The position numbers and the translations under genes were made by a program. From positions 16,907,881 through 16,971,880 of the forward strand of contig NC_092678.1 in NCBI RefSeq assembly GCF_964355755.1: DNA of 64,000 bases. Direction: 5' to 3'. Positions 63,861-64,000 of the stretch are shown piece after piece. Each line of letters begins with the position of its first letter. Position 1 is the first letter of the stretch. The notes below the pieces were generated by a model that was not told the DNA's origin, did not search any database, and saw only the letters and a program-made list of their open reading frames with translations. Source of the DNA: Antedon mediterranea (Eukaryota > Animalia > Echinodermata).

Positions 63861-64000
63861 CGTATAATTAAAGGCCAGGTGCGGGCAAAACAGTTCTATT
63901 GATCATACATTCCAATAATTATCGATCTATAGATTCCCCTATGTTTCATACTTTTTGGGATTTTATTTGTGTTACACAAGCGAGTTGAAAATAAGCACTT

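Overview
AT-rich, intron-rich animal genomic DNA; the TAGGCCTA-rich, MITE-dense style suggests an invertebrate deuterostome such as an echinoderm (inference). Three spliced protein-coding genes can be rebuilt by hand with consistent GT-AG sites and phases. (1) The 5' ~685 codons of ubiquitin-activating enzyme E1 (UBA1, minus strand, running off the left edge). (2) A complete 311-aa YJR142W/plant NUDT20-type Nudix hydrolase (plus strand, divergent from UBA1). (3) A complete ~623-aa mitochondrial 5-aminolevulinate synthase (ALAS, minus strand, convergent with the Nudix gene). The most notable signals are an iron-responsive element hairpin in a non-coding first exon of ALAS about 6.6 kb upstream of the ATG, in a gene that also has three heme-regulatory CP motifs; a 3.74 kb near-palindromic Academ-like (XPG nuclease) transposon derivative between the UBA1 and Nudix 5' ends; exact conservation of UBA1 Met1/Met41/Met67; UBA1-ALAS linkage; 5S-derived SINE-like chimeras; and tandemly duplicated splice junctions in the Nudix gene. 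Introns carry many non-autonomous DNA transposons, some nested, plus SINE/HINE fragments and tandem duplications. All coordinates were read by eye and no database search was run.
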